DNA of 64,000 nt from Octopus vulgaris (lineage: Eukaryota), in contig OX597819.1 in the NCBI GenBank assembly GCA_951406725.2, positions 67,580,001 through 67,644,000 on the forward strand, given 5' to 3'. This document shows, piece after piece, positions 26,665-38,789 of the stretch. The notes beneath the pieces were generated by a model. It was not told the origin of the DNA and searched no databases. It saw only the letters and a list, made by a program, of their open reading frames with translations. Made by a program: the position numbers and the translations under genes. The number at the start of each line of letters is the position of its first letter. Position 1 is the first letter of the stretch.

Positions 26665-27695
26665 GATTGAAAAAGCAGTGCATGCCCTCAAATTGACACT
26701 TGGGTAAAATATACGCCTCCCAGTATACTCATCATGTCTACCTGACTGGTAAAGGTACACTAGGTAAATGCATCACAACCACATGTGCGGGACATGGTTA
26801 TCTTATAGCAAGATAAACGATGCATGAACTTACAGGTGAGGCCCACCTAGAATTTTCTTCCGGTCAAGTAGCCCATCCCGCTCAAAACGTCCCTGAATAA
26901 GGGGTGTTTAAGGATATTGAACGAAACACCAATGTGAATTATTCAAACCCCGAAGAATTCCACTCAACAAATGGCTATGAAAATCCCCTACTATTTCGGC
27001 TCGTGATCAGAGATGCGCATCACGTCAGCCAGTAAGTAACATGCTCAACCAGATGACGTCAATCAACTGACAGAATATTTGCTGTAGCCCCATATTTATA
27101 CCAAGAGAAAACGGTCAAACTAAAGTCTTTGACCCGAGCAACAAAAAGAAAACGAAATAGTTCAATAGGTTTACAACAACATGTAGTAAATAAATATGAA
27201 AAAAATGCGACTTGGGGAAAGGGGGCGGGGGAGAGGACTCGGAAAATTCACATCGTCCTCTCACCCGTCCGTCGGCGAAATTGTTTTGTTTTTTCATATT
27301 CGTTTACTGCACATTATTTTACAACTAGAACACGATTTGTTTTTCAAATTTTGTGATGGGGTGGGTGGGGTGCAGACTCGACTATTTCACAAGAGCCAGT
27401 AACCCCATGTTTCCAGAAGTGAATTATTCAAACCCAGAAGAATCCCTCTCAAAACATGGCTATGATGCTCCCCCACTACTTCTGCTCGTGATCAGAGATA
27501 CACATATCGTCAGCCACTAAGAGACATGGTCAATTGGTTAAGGTCAAACAACTGACAAGCAAATCTGTGGTATTGAGCAGAATATTTGGTGTAGCCCATC
27601 TTTTATACCAAGACGAACAATGTAGATGATAACACTTCCAAGCAGTTCAGATCAGAAACCGCATGTTCCACCGACTGGTATTGCATCATGGCATC
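26665..27695 (-). mobile_element. Two overlapping partial copies (26665-27115 and 27402-27695) of the (AAT)n-associated element
   Basis: Reverse complements of 56835-57332; (ATT)n at both outer ends. Confidence 0.75.
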
Positions 27696-29521
27696 GTTAT
27701 TATTATTATATCATTATTACTATTGCTGTTATTGTTGTTGTTGTTGTTGTTGTTGTTATTGTTGTCAGTATTATTATTCATATACAAATCAACCATATAA
27801 TAATACATTCATGTTCCGTTTGTTTCATTATTGATCTTTTTTTTCTTTCAAATAATATTACAAACTTAATATATTAATGTAATATTATTTACCGAAGTGT
27901 TGGCAAGCATTAAGCTGATTGAATTAACTGAATAGAAAAGTCGTCTAGATGATTGTTTAAAGTAGACTTTTAGCTTTACTGAAACTAGTTATCGTATTTT
28001 AAGCAGATAATTGAATGGGGAAAATAGTAGGTTCGACCGTCGATCCAATTATTAATACTTCAACAACTAGTGACACGATATGAATATTTACTAATACACG
28101 TTAGGGAAGCCATTTATTAATTTAACGCCTGGCTAATGCAAATTATTAAGATTATCCACATATCCAGATAATTGCCGTACAAACAAGATTACAGCGTTAG
28201 ATTCAATAAACTAACGTTGTTTTGTTTTTGTTTTATGTTTTTATTAAATAAATCATTTCGATATAGGTTGCAGATTTTCTAGACTGCGAAAAGAAATTAT
28301 TTTAAGGAGTTCTTTGCTAACAATTATTCTATATATTTATTTATGTTTTACTGAATTTCGAAGCAATGAACTTATGGACATAGCATATAAATCTATTACA
28401 AGGATGTGAACAAAAATAATATTGGAATCCTATTTCCTTTTTATTTCTGCGTTTACAAATAAAACGTAGAATATATCTCAAACGGATGCTTTCTCATTTA
28501 ATTGCCAGTGGACCAAAGATGGAAATTCGACTTTCATTACTGCCCTGCCAATATTAATAGTCAAATTTCCTTCAAAACCAGTTTGTTTTGTTTTAATATC
28601 AAATTAGCAAGAGATGATATAATATGTAAAGTAAAGATAATATTGTCAATATTTGATCAGAGTTAACGAAGTGCAAGTTCAATTAGTGCAAAGTAAGCCA
28701 TAAAATGAAGACAACAACTGGAAATCGATCTCATCTTGTGAATCTTCCACTGAACATCAAATGTTTCATTTAACTTGTATGACATTGCACGTAAATCGCC
28801 TCCAAATCACAACCTATCTTCTGAAAAATAACTAACGTATTCACTCATGCAGTCTTAAGCAGATATCACCTTCTGCGAAAATAAAGAATATTCACAAGCA
28901 GACTACCATTTATTTTGATAAATGGTTGTCCTGATTTTGGACGATTCTGAGAAGAAATTGTTAGTGCCTAATTCATCTCATGCGTCACAAACTAACACTG
29001 AAACTTGTTAGATTACAAGCGAAGCACACTGCTACTAAGAGAATCAAAACAGTAATGCTTCTTACCAACGGTGTGTGCCATGCCAGTGCTTCTTCAACGG
29101 AGCACCTTGAATATCTGTAAATATAGTTTAAGGTTTTTAGAATACCTTTATTTATGCTTGATCGTTTTATAAAATATGTTTCATTCATATTCTTTTTATT
29201 TTTACGCAAATATGATATTTAAAGGAAGGTAAGCAATAATTATAAATATTTATTATTGTTTTTTTTTCCGATCGTATTTTTTTCCTTTCCTTGTAAGATG
29301 CATTCGTGTGAATTATATTAAAAATTAGAATTTCTGCCGTGTATATCCAGTGTTCCGACATACAAAAAAAATATTTTGTCCTTCTACACCTTACAAACAA
29401 CTTTCATAACATTGTTGTAAGCAGTCAGCCACTCTGCTCTCAGCAACAACTGAAGTTCGATTTTTTTTGTATGTTCCATCGAATATAAAGGAGTTTGGAG
29501 AAATTGCGAAAATATATTATA

Positions 29522-30325
29522 ATGAATAACACTGGAATATATAGTGCTCTTCGTTTCAGCTCCATTTCATTGATGATTCTGGGGACTCTGGGCAACATAC
29601 TTATAATAACAGTTGCGTGTTCGACAGCTATGAGGGACTATAGAATTGCTGCTCGTCTTATTTCACTAGCGGCTGTGGATATCATTACATTATGGGTGAA
29701 TGCACTGAAAATTATATTAGAAACTTACGGATTAACATATTCAAAAAGTGTTTTCATTTTGGTAAACCTGATTAGTACAGTTTCGAACGAAATGTCTTCA
29801 TGGTTAACAGTAATAATATCAGTTGAACGCACGTTGGCCGTTTATTGTCCATTTCTAATTCGGAACGCATCAACCCATAGGTTCATTATTGCGGGATCCA
29901 TTGCATTTGTTTCAATATTCGTAATTAACACAGCAGTATTATACGGCGAAATTGTCCCGCAAAAACTGATGGTTTTATTGTTATCCATCTCATACTCCTT
30001 TATGCCAGCAGCCCTTTTAGTTATCAGCAACATCCTTATGTCATACAAATTAATTCATAGACCAAATCTCGGTCAACATAACCAACACAATACGCAATCA
30101 AAGGATATTATACGGCTCGTCATCAGTATAAATGTGATATTTATATCTACAACGGTTCCTGTTGCGATTATTGTGAACGTAGACGAGTATAACCCAATTC
30201 AGATATCCTTTCTAATTGCAGATTTTATCGCATGCTTAAACAACAGTTTAAATTTCCTTGTATATGTGTGCATTAGTAAGCAATTCAGAGACAAAACAAA
30301 GAAAATATGTTCTAGACAGAAGTGA
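29522..30325 (+). CDS. Single-exon rhodopsin-class 7TM GPCR, 267 aa from the first ATG
   Basis: MNNTG sequon; GTLGN, LAAVD, ISVER, YSFMPA, FISTTVP, NNSLNFLVY, SKQFR. The track start at 29495 is a TTG. Confidence 0.9.
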   Translation: MNNTGIYSALRFSSISLMILGTLGNILIITVACSTAMRDYRIAARLISLAAVDIITLWVNALKIILETYGLTYSKSVFILVNLISTVSNEMSSWLTVIISVERTLAVYCPFLIRNASTHRFIIAGSIAFVSIFVINTAVLYGEIVPQKLMVLLLSISYSFMPAALLVISNILMSYKLIHRPNLGQHNQHNTQSKDIIRLVISINVIFISTTVPVAIIVNVDEYNPIQISFLIADFIACLNNSLNFLVYVCISKQFRDKTKKICSRQK

Positions 30326-30554
30326 AGTTATAGCAACGAATTTCTGATCGCATTAAAAATCAAAAGAATGAATTATTTTTAAATGAATCACAAGGACTTA
30401 TGAGGTTAACAAAGTAAACCAAAATCCATTTATAGAGAATATACTGCAAAAAATGTTAAAATATGGATTTGTAATTGAAGATAACAATAATGTTTCTTTC
30501 TTTGGCAAACGTGCTTACATTGACGTACGAGCGGGGTAGTTTATTTAAATACCT

Positions 30555-31390
30555 GTGGATAGTGGTTCCACCACTGTCATTTATAGCGGGTTTTTAGAGG
30601 AGGAATGTGATCATACATTGGGGGAGAGCCTAGGTTTTGACGATAATCAGCTGAACAGTCTGTACCAACGCACATTCGGATCAAAGATCCTGGATACTTT
30701 GCAGAACTCTTTCACATGGCAGTGTTACTGCAGAGCCTTACCTGTCCGAGATAAACTCTCAACGCACGGTGGCCGAGACACTCCGATCTGTCCAAGATGT
30801 GAGCGGGACAAGAAAAACGTCTTGCACGCTATTGTTCACTGCCCCGAAGTGTCTAACCTGTGGGTTTATGCCGAACAACTGATGTCAGGTGGAGGAAGCT
30901 GTCGATTGAATCTATAGTGAAAATTAACCCACCTGATTTCTTAACGAAACAAGGTAAGAATTATTTTCTCTATTTTGTAGCAACTGCGTGAGAGAATATA
31001 TGGAGGACAAGAATGAAAGGAATGAAGTCAGGCACATTCATCTCTGGCCCTAATCTGGTGAATTTTTTCACCTTTCACCTAAAAAGGCAAATTGGGCTGG
31101 AGAGATGTTTCACTGAAGACATGTTTAGAAAAAGATGGAAGAATGTTGCACGAATATTGGGCATGAAAGGCTCCGGGAGAATGCGATATAGTTTACAAAC
31201 CCATGTCGGTGGTAAGGCAGGTTTCGTGAGGTCCGTTATAAACCTGCCTCTACTCCATCTGTTATGTCTTATTGTGTCCTATCATCATCCGTATTATATA
31301 TAATGTATTTAGAATTTTTAAAAGGACCACAATCGCATTTCATGTAAAATCATTCGATTTCATTGTGCAGTCCCTTGTATGTATGTCCTT
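30555..31390 (+). mobile_element. 3' fragment of L1/Tx1-type ORF2 (zf-RVT region)
   Basis: WQCYCRALPVRDKL..CPRCERDKKNVLHAIVHCPEV..LW, IWRTR and F.KRW. Confidence 0.8.
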
Positions 31391-31409
31391 ATGGATACTA
31401 AAAAATTGA

Positions 31410-31610
31410 GAAACGTTAGCACGCCGGCGAAATGCTTATCGGTATTTCGTCCGTCTTTACGTTCTGAGTTCAAATTCCGCCCAGGTCGACTTTGCCTTTC
31501 ATCCTTTCGGGGTCGATAAATTAAGTATCAGTAGCTTTCTAGGGTCGATCTAAACGACTGGCCCCTCACCCGAAATTTTAGGCCTGGTGCCTAAAGTGGA
31601 AAAGAATATT
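31410..31610 (+). mobile_element. Nin-domain SINE
   Basis: gttctgagttcaaattccgcc.aggtcgactttgcctttcatcctttcggggtcgataaattaagta. Confidence 0.8.
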
Positions 31611-32319
31611 TGGTCATAGATAACGAAGAGCCAATTTGATTACTGCAAATAAGCCATGAAATTACCACAACAGCCGAAAAATGCTTTCATTTTGTGAATC
31701 ACCCATTTCAGTCTTCAAATGCATATACATTTGCAGTAATAATTAGGACACATTAAGGCAGTGAGACTGCAGAAAATTTAGAAAGCCGAGCGAAAGGTTT
31801 AGCATTATTTCTTCTGCCTTTAATTTGTGAGTTCAAGTGTCACTGAGACTCACTTTCCTGTCATCCTTTTGGGGTCGATAAAAGTATGTAATACGGGCGA
31901 TGTAATCCATTTACCTTTCCACCTGAAATTGTTGGCCTCGGACCAAAATTTGGAATCAATAATAACGACACGTTCAAACATTCGCAGAAAAAATTGTTTA
32001 GATATTTTTAAACATGAAAGCAGCGAGCTGAATGAATCATTACAGACATGGGGTGGAGACACAACATTCTTTGCATCTTCTCGTCCGTCTTTATGGTCTA
32101 AGTTACAATTACACCAAGATCGAATTTACTTTCTGTCCATTGAGGACTATAAAATAAATGCCAGTTGTGTCATGGGGGTCGATGGAATCGACTAAACCAA
32201 ATGTGCTGATCTTGCCCCAAAATTTCAAAGCAGTATTTTAAAACAGTTATGATTGTGGAATAAATGCCGATAAAAGAATATTTCTTGATTTTCTTTTAAT
32301 ATACATTTGATGTATATTT

Positions 32320-32880
32320 ATCTCGTCTTGTTCGTTGTTAACATAACGTTTCGGCTGATATATTCTGCAGCCTTCTTAAGGTATCATGGGGAGATCTCGA
32401 ATCTGGATTCTCATTCCTAAGGTATGTTTCGATATTATTATTATTGGAGGCGCAGTGGCTCAGTGGTTAGGGCAGCGGACTCGCGGTTTCAATTCCAAGG
32501 CCGGGCGCTTTGAGTGTTTATTGAGCGAAAACACCTAAAGCTCCACGAGGGGTTGGTGGCCATCCCTGCGGTACTCTTTCGCCACAACTTTCTCTCACTC
32601 TTTCTTCTGTTGGCCTGCTCGCTTAGCCTGCAGAATGGCGTCATTTGAAGACTAAAACAATGCGAAGCACATTGTGACCAGCGATGTGTAGTAACATCTG
32701 ATAGCCTGGTCGGTCACGGTGATCACGGTGACTATTATTATTACTAAGGTCACTGCTATCTGGTTGTGCTTAGGCGCTGAGGGATCATGCCTCACTTGTC
32801 AGTCATTAAGATAATGCGCTTCATGTGGCTATGATTGGCCTTAAGTCCCATTTCTAGCAATGCTGTTACTAACTAGTGCT
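32320..32880 (-). mobile_element. Repeat with a degenerate hammerhead motif (32341-32384), interrupted by a SINE
   Basis: AUAC-CUUAAGA-A-GGCUG..CAGCC-GAAACGUU-AUGU; the core has G5 mutated. Confidence 0.5.
32446..32731 (+). mobile_element. tRNA-derived SINE (third family) inserted in (ATT)n
   Basis: A box gtggctcagtggtt, B-like ggtttcaattcc, tail ggtcacggtgatcacggtga, tattattatt on both sides. Confidence 0.7.
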
Positions 32881-32897
32881 CTCAGTCAATTTAGTGA

Positions 32898-32941
<44 letters not shown>

Positions 32942-32991
32942 ATGGAATAAATGGAGTTGAACGAAGATTGTACAGAATACCTTTTATTACA

Positions 32992-33071
32992 TTCTACACA
33001 TGTTTCGAAGGCCACAAATTTCCAAATTCTGTTTAAATAAGGGTACCATATTGCGGCTTTCTCTTCAGGAA
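32992..33071 (-). ncRNA. Putative type-I hammerhead ribozyme (left arm)
   Basis: UUC-CUGAAGA-GAAAGCCGCAA..UUGUGGCCUUC-GAAACAUGUGUA-GAA. Confidence 0.65.
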
Positions 33072-33236
33072 AAAAACAGGAATTCCGTTGACAGGACAAA
33101 ACAAAACAGAGGCACAGCAATTCGAACGAAGATGCTCCTGATAAACAGTTCAGCCATGGGCTCCTAAGGAGCATCTTCGTTCGAATTGCTGTGCCTCTGT
33201 TTTGTTTTGTCCTGTCAACGGAATTCCTGTTTTTTT

Positions 33237-33316
33237 TTCCTGAAGAGAAAGCCGCAATATGGTACCCTTATTTAAACAGAATTTGGAAATTTATGGCCTT
33301 CGAAACATGTGTAGAA
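33237..33316 (+). ncRNA. Putative type-I hammerhead ribozyme (right arm)
   Basis: Canonical CUGAAGA/GAAA/GUA core, 3-bp stem I, extended stem II, followed by AATAAA. Confidence 0.65.
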
Positions 33317-34660
33317 TGTAATAAAAGGTATTCTGTACAATCTTCGTTCAACTCCATTTATTCCATTCACTAATAATATTAAACTTCAATTATCCGCTCG
33401 AACGCACGGTTGCAACACCAAATGGTCTTATCTCCAACCGTGCTGTTTTCCGCTGTGATTTTTGCTACCCAGGTATCGGTTAAACCTTTGAATAATCTGT
33501 TACAAGAAAATTCATCTTTCTATTTCAACAAATATATATATATATATATAAATTATGAATGGTGTTCAGTCAACCATGATCTTTATTTCCTGGCCTGACA
33601 GCCGACCGCCTACACCTCTTATGTTCATCTCCTATGTTCCGGCCTTAAGGCTTTCACTTTATACACGCAGCTCAATTTCATTCGTCCTCAGTCAAACGAA
33701 ACCCGTTGTTAAGATCTTGTTTGTATTTGTAATTGTGTAAAATGTTCTCCGTTTTTTGTCTTTGTTGTCAGAAACTTTCACTTGCTTTCTTACAAACATT
33801 TTTAATGCTCTTAGCATAGAATTTTCTGGGGTGAACTAGAGCGAACAGTCTGAAGTGTAACTGCTCGAAACTGTAATGACATTTGGTAACTTGACTGACG
33901 AAAGAAAGCCACGAATGACCCCCTCCTTTCCTGTCCCTCTAACTGTTGTTTTTTCCTGTCTGCCTTTGTATCCTCTATCTGTCCGGATGTTTTATTGTCC
34001 TCTAGTGCGTTTTTATTCCATTTCTTATATTCATAAATACATATAGCGGCGTACGTACACACCTGTGCTCACCTTATAGTAAGTATGTATCAAAATTTTG
34101 TACGATTCTTTTATTCTGTCTCTTACTCCCTGTCATACTTTCCTTCTCTTTTCTTTTTCCCACCCACACTCTCTTTTATCTAGGCCCTCTCATTCTTAAC
34201 CCCTTCTTTTCCTCCTCGTTTATCTTTCCTGTACCTTTCTCTTTGTGCCTTTGATATTTTTAATCCTTCAAACCCTCTCTCCTCCTTCCACATGATCTTT
34301 GTTTCTTCGCCTGACTGCCGACCGCCAACACCTCTTTCGTTCGTGTCTTAAAGAGTCGACATCTTTGGAATATCATAGTACGTGAAATGCAATTTGTCTA
34401 GGGCGTGTGTGCATAGCTAATCCTTTTCAGAATACTGTTTAAGATATTCTGAGTATTACGCAATACATAACTAATGGATGGAATCGATAAAAAATATGAA
34501 TTTATAAAACTTACTCATGTTACATTCTATTTATGCTTTTTTTATAATAAACTATCATGTTTTCATAATATATAATATTATCGTGATCAGATTTATGATA
34601 AAATAAATATATACAAATTATAAAATGAATTAACAAAATAGACAAGACATTGCTATTTCT

Positions 34661-34734
34661 ACTTCGCGGATTTTCACCTATCGCGGGGCGGCGTTTTGGA
34701 GCATAACACCCGCGATAGTCGAAGGATTACCGTA
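34661..34734. mobile_element. Terminal remnant of a pogo/Tigger-type DNA transposon or MITE
   Basis: acttcgcggattttcac.tatcgcgg..cccgcgatagtcgaaggattaccg+ta, with an internal tatcgcgg/ccgcgata palindrome. Confidence 0.55.
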
Positions 34735-35769
34735 ATTCGAAACACTTTATACAGGCCATGTAACAAGTTCGCAATCAACAATCTGATCTGGCAACCTGAT
34801 AAAGGAATATAAATTATGAATTATAATCCGAAACCAAACTCTTTCCTACTTGAAGGCATGTTATTTAGAAACCGTAGGCGAAATATCATATTAAGAAATT
34901 AGCACTTCTATTGAGATGTTTTACTTTAAGAGCAAGCGACCTACTTTCCAATTTTTTTTTTATCACACGGATAGTGCAACTGTCCTCTTTGTTAAAAAAA
35001 CATTTGCATTTTAATTTAAAATGTGCGCTGGCAGAGAATACTGAAACTCTTAATGAATGATTTTGTAAGTATGTTAAATATATCATAATTTGAGACATTA
35101 TGCTGTTTTTTTATCAGTTTAGACATGTTTCTCCTTTTATGTATATCCAGTCAATTTCTAGTTGAGTTCACCTAAGAGAAAATCCTTTTCTTACCAACAC
35201 ATTTTGTGTCTTGTTTCTTTGATATCATGCACACTACACAAATATATATGTACGTACAGAAAAAGTATTCTAATATTATCAACGCAGGGTTAAGTTTGAG
35301 AAATATGTGCTACTATTTATAATTAATGTGAGTATAAAGGTTACAGCATTCCACGCTAAGTCATGAAATTTGGTTATCTCCTTAGCGTATCTAAAACAAT
35401 GATTAGACACTAATTTCATACATTGTGAAAATAACAATCAAAAGTGTAAGCTTAAGTAACAAAACGTTTCACAACTGTCCATTTAAAGTGAATCGCAATC
35501 ACGGTCGCAAACATTGTGCTATCTGCTGAATACCATGTACTTGAATATTTTCTAAAATACGCTCTTCTAGTTTTTCCTAGTCTCATTTCAGGTTTCCCTC
35601 TCTCTTTCTGTTTTACTTATGCTGGAGTATTAACTGATCCAAAACAACTTTGAGTGAAAGTTACATACAGCAGTTTCAACAGTAATCCTATTTTAGTTAT
35701 AGATTCCAAAAGAAAATATTGCTATCTAACGGAAGAAACTGTAAAACAGTGCTACATAATCTTTACTAT

Positions 35770-35960
35770 TTTACTTATGTCAGTCATTTGACTGTAACCA
35801 TGCAGGATCACCGCCTTTAGTTGAGCAAATTGACCCCAGGACTAATTCTTTGTAGGCCTAGTACATATTATACCTATCTCTTTTGCCGAACCGCTAAGTT
35901 ACGGGGAGGTAAACACACCGGCATCGGTTGTCAAGCGATGCTGGAGGAACAAACACAAAC

Positions 35961-36043
<83 letters not shown>

Positions 36044-36168
36044 TACGACGGGCTTCTTTCAGTTTCCGTCTACAAAATCCATTTACAAGGCTCTGGTCGC
36101 AGTGGGACTGAATTCGGGACCATGTGGTTGGTAAGAAAGCTACTTACCACACAGCCACTACTACGCCT
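35770..36168 (-). mobile_element. tRNA-derived SINE copy
   Basis: cttaccacacagccact head (reverse complement) and conserved body. Confidence 0.8.
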
Positions 36169-36666
36169 ATTGTTGATAAACAGGAAGAAAGAGTGAGAGA
36201 AAGTTGTGGTGAAAGATAATAGGTAAGATTTTATCATAAATCACCTACAAGTAAGTAACGGGACAAAATACAGTGCATCTCTATATATGAACATTATTCC
36301 TTCCACAACCTTCTTCAATGATTAAATTATTTCGTACAAATACATATAAAAGGGGATAATCCGTTCCCAGCCACACACAAACTCCATATAAAGACATGAT
36401 ATAATATTGCTTTTTGTTCATCAATAGCTAATACATCAATATATACATATATGTATATCTGTATGGGTGTATGTCGTTTTTTTTAATTTGTCTTCTTTCG
36501 GTAAATCTATAGTTAATGTTTTTGACAAAATATTTCTGAAAAACATTTACTAAATAAAATATATTTTATATGAAGAATTCAAATTAACTGGTGTGGTTAA
36601 ATTCTATATTTAATTAATACAAAAATCTAAGCAACAACACAAATAGTTAAGTAAGTATCATATATA

Positions 36667-37690
36667 TTCTTTTGTACTCTCGGCACAAGGCCCGAAATTT
36701 TTTTTTGGGGGGTGGTGGAGGGGGCAATCAATTAGAACGACCCCAGGATGCAGCTGATACTTAATTTCATCGATCCCGAAATGATGAACGTCAAATTCGA
36801 CCTCGGCAGAATTTGAACTGAGAACGTAAAGTCAGACAAAATACCACAAGGCATTTCGCTCGGCGTGCTAACGTTTCCTATTTCTTTACTGCCCACAAAG
36901 GGCTACATTCAGAAGGGACAAACAAGGACAGACAAACGGATTAAATCGATTATAACGAGCCTAGTGGGTAACTGGTACTTAGTTAATCGAAAGGATGAAA
37001 GGCAAAGTCGATCTCGGCGGAATTTGAACTCAGAACGTAACGGCAGACGAAATACCGCTAATCAGTTCACTCGGCATGCTAATGGTTCTTATTTCTCTAC
37101 TGCCCACAAGGGGCTACACACAGCAGGGACAAACAAGGGCAGACAAACGGATTAAAACGATTATATAGCGAGCCCAGTGCGTTACTGGCACATATTTAAT
37201 CAACCCCGTAAGGATGAAAGGCAAAGTCGACCTCAGCGGAATTTAAACTTACCACGTAGCGGCAGACGAAATACGCATTTCTTTACTACCCACATGGGGC
37301 TAAACACAGAGGGGACAAACAAGGACAGATAAACGGATTAAGTCGATTATATCGACCCCAGTGCGTAACTGGTACTTAATTGATAGACCCCGAAAGGATG
37401 AATGGCAAAGTCGACCTCGACGGAGTTTGAACTCAGTACGTAGCGCCAGAGGAAATACCTATTTCTTTATTACCCACAAGGGGCTAAACACAGAGGGAAC
37501 AAACAAGGACAGACATAGGTATTAAGTCGATTACATCGACCCCAGTTCGTAACTGGTACTTAATTTATCGACCCCGAAAGGATGAAAGGCAAAGTCGACC
37601 TCGGCGGAATTTGAACTCACAAAGTAACGCAGACGAAATACCGCTAAGCATTTCGCCCGGCATGCTAACGTTTCTGCCAGCTCGCCGCCT
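36667..37690 (-). mobile_element. Head-to-tail array of five Nin-domain SINE units (about 183-212 bp period)
   Basis: Cores gatgaaaggcaaagtcgacctcggcggaatttgaact near 36785, 36995, 37213, 37397 and 37581; complete head only at 37640-37690. Confidence 0.85.
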
Positions 37691-38342
37691 TATGCGTTAT
37701 ATATATATTAAAATGCAGCTCATGGAAAAGAAAGATAACTCATAGAAATTAAGTAATATTTAAACTAATACAATTTTTACAATTTTTTGAAGTGGTTATT
37801 ACAGTCTTGGCACCGAATTATAATTTTTAATTAGATTTTTGCTATATTGTCTTAAATATGTTAATTCCAACTTAACTGTTTGATTATTTATGCAGATGTT
37901 ATCTTTCAGCAAATGACACCAGTAATGTGTTTTATGTAAATATGTTAATTTTCCAATCCTGCTCAGCTCACAGAGCAGTAAATCCGATCTAATGACGAAC
38001 TCATCTCAATGCCGCCATCTGGGCGAAATAAAGGAATTAATTAGATTAAACTCAGTCACACGGAAAATTCAAACGAGTAAGTAACAGTTTAGTGCCTACT
38101 TTTAAATATAATTTGTCCTTTATTCATTTCAAACCCTTGGAGAATGTAGTTGAACAAACTGACCCCGGCACATGAACGCCCTGGTGCACGTAGAGTATGC
38201 ATAATATGCATGAGTATGCATGTATATATATATATGTATATCTATTCTTGTACGTGTATGTCTGAGTGTGAGTTTCTGTGCGTGTTTTTGTGTGTGAATG
38301 CATATATATATGTTCAAATGTATATAGATATATGTGTATAAG

Positions 38343-38406
<64 letters not shown>

Positions 38407-38553
38407 GAAATCAATTAAGATTCAAGTCAATTCTAATGAATTCACTTGAATATGGTACTTAACTTAGATGCACCAGAAAACTATATGGTGTTAACCAATA
38501 CAGTAGTGTGGGGTGATTATAAACGAGAAAAGAAGCAACAAGAATGGATTAGT

Positions 38554-38644
38554 TTTTAGTACAATTGTTTCATACAAAGACAGGCTTTATTAAAAGTTGC
38601 AAATATTGCAGCAGATAAAAGTGTCCCGTACTCATCAGCTAAAA
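38554..38644 (-). ncRNA. Putative type-I hammerhead ribozyme with a canonical core
   Basis: UUUUAG-CUGAUGA-GUACGGGACA..UGUCUUUGUAU-GAAACAAUUGUA-CUAAAA: 6-bp stem I, long stem II, palindromic stem III. Confidence 0.75.
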
Positions 38645-38789
38645 TACATATGAGTTATATATGTATATATGCATATATATATACATATATATTTATATCT
38701 ATATGCATACATATATGTATAGATGCATATACATGTACATATGTATATAAATGTATATATATATATATATATATATGTGCGCTTGCGTA

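Larger units (their letters stand above)
32936..33372. repeat. Near-perfect inverted repeat, about 205 bp arms with a 27 nt spacer; part of a (TA)n-flanked element extending to about 33530
   Basis: Arms 32936-33139 and 33167-33372 differ by one substitution and an A/T-run length. Confidence 0.95.

Noticed and set aside
28985-29209. Minus-strand peptide RSITVLILLVAVCFACNL resembling a GPCR TM6
   Set aside because: Isolated, opposite to the cluster strand, and with no convincing TM5 upstream.
32446-32510. tRNA gene
   Set aside because: Only A/B-box remnants without a full cloverleaf; this is a SINE head, as are the other tRNA-like heads.
32869-33373. Two ORFs with the same peptide on opposite strands
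   Set aside because: A consequence of the palindrome; no coding evidence.
33830-33880. GAGC..GCUC-GAAACUGUA hammerhead 3' half
   Set aside because: No recognisable CUGANGA at the correct position.
36667-37690. Regularly spaced repeats resembling a CRISPR array
   Set aside because: Whole units of about 185 bp are homologous with no unique spacers, the context is eukaryotic and no cas genes are present.
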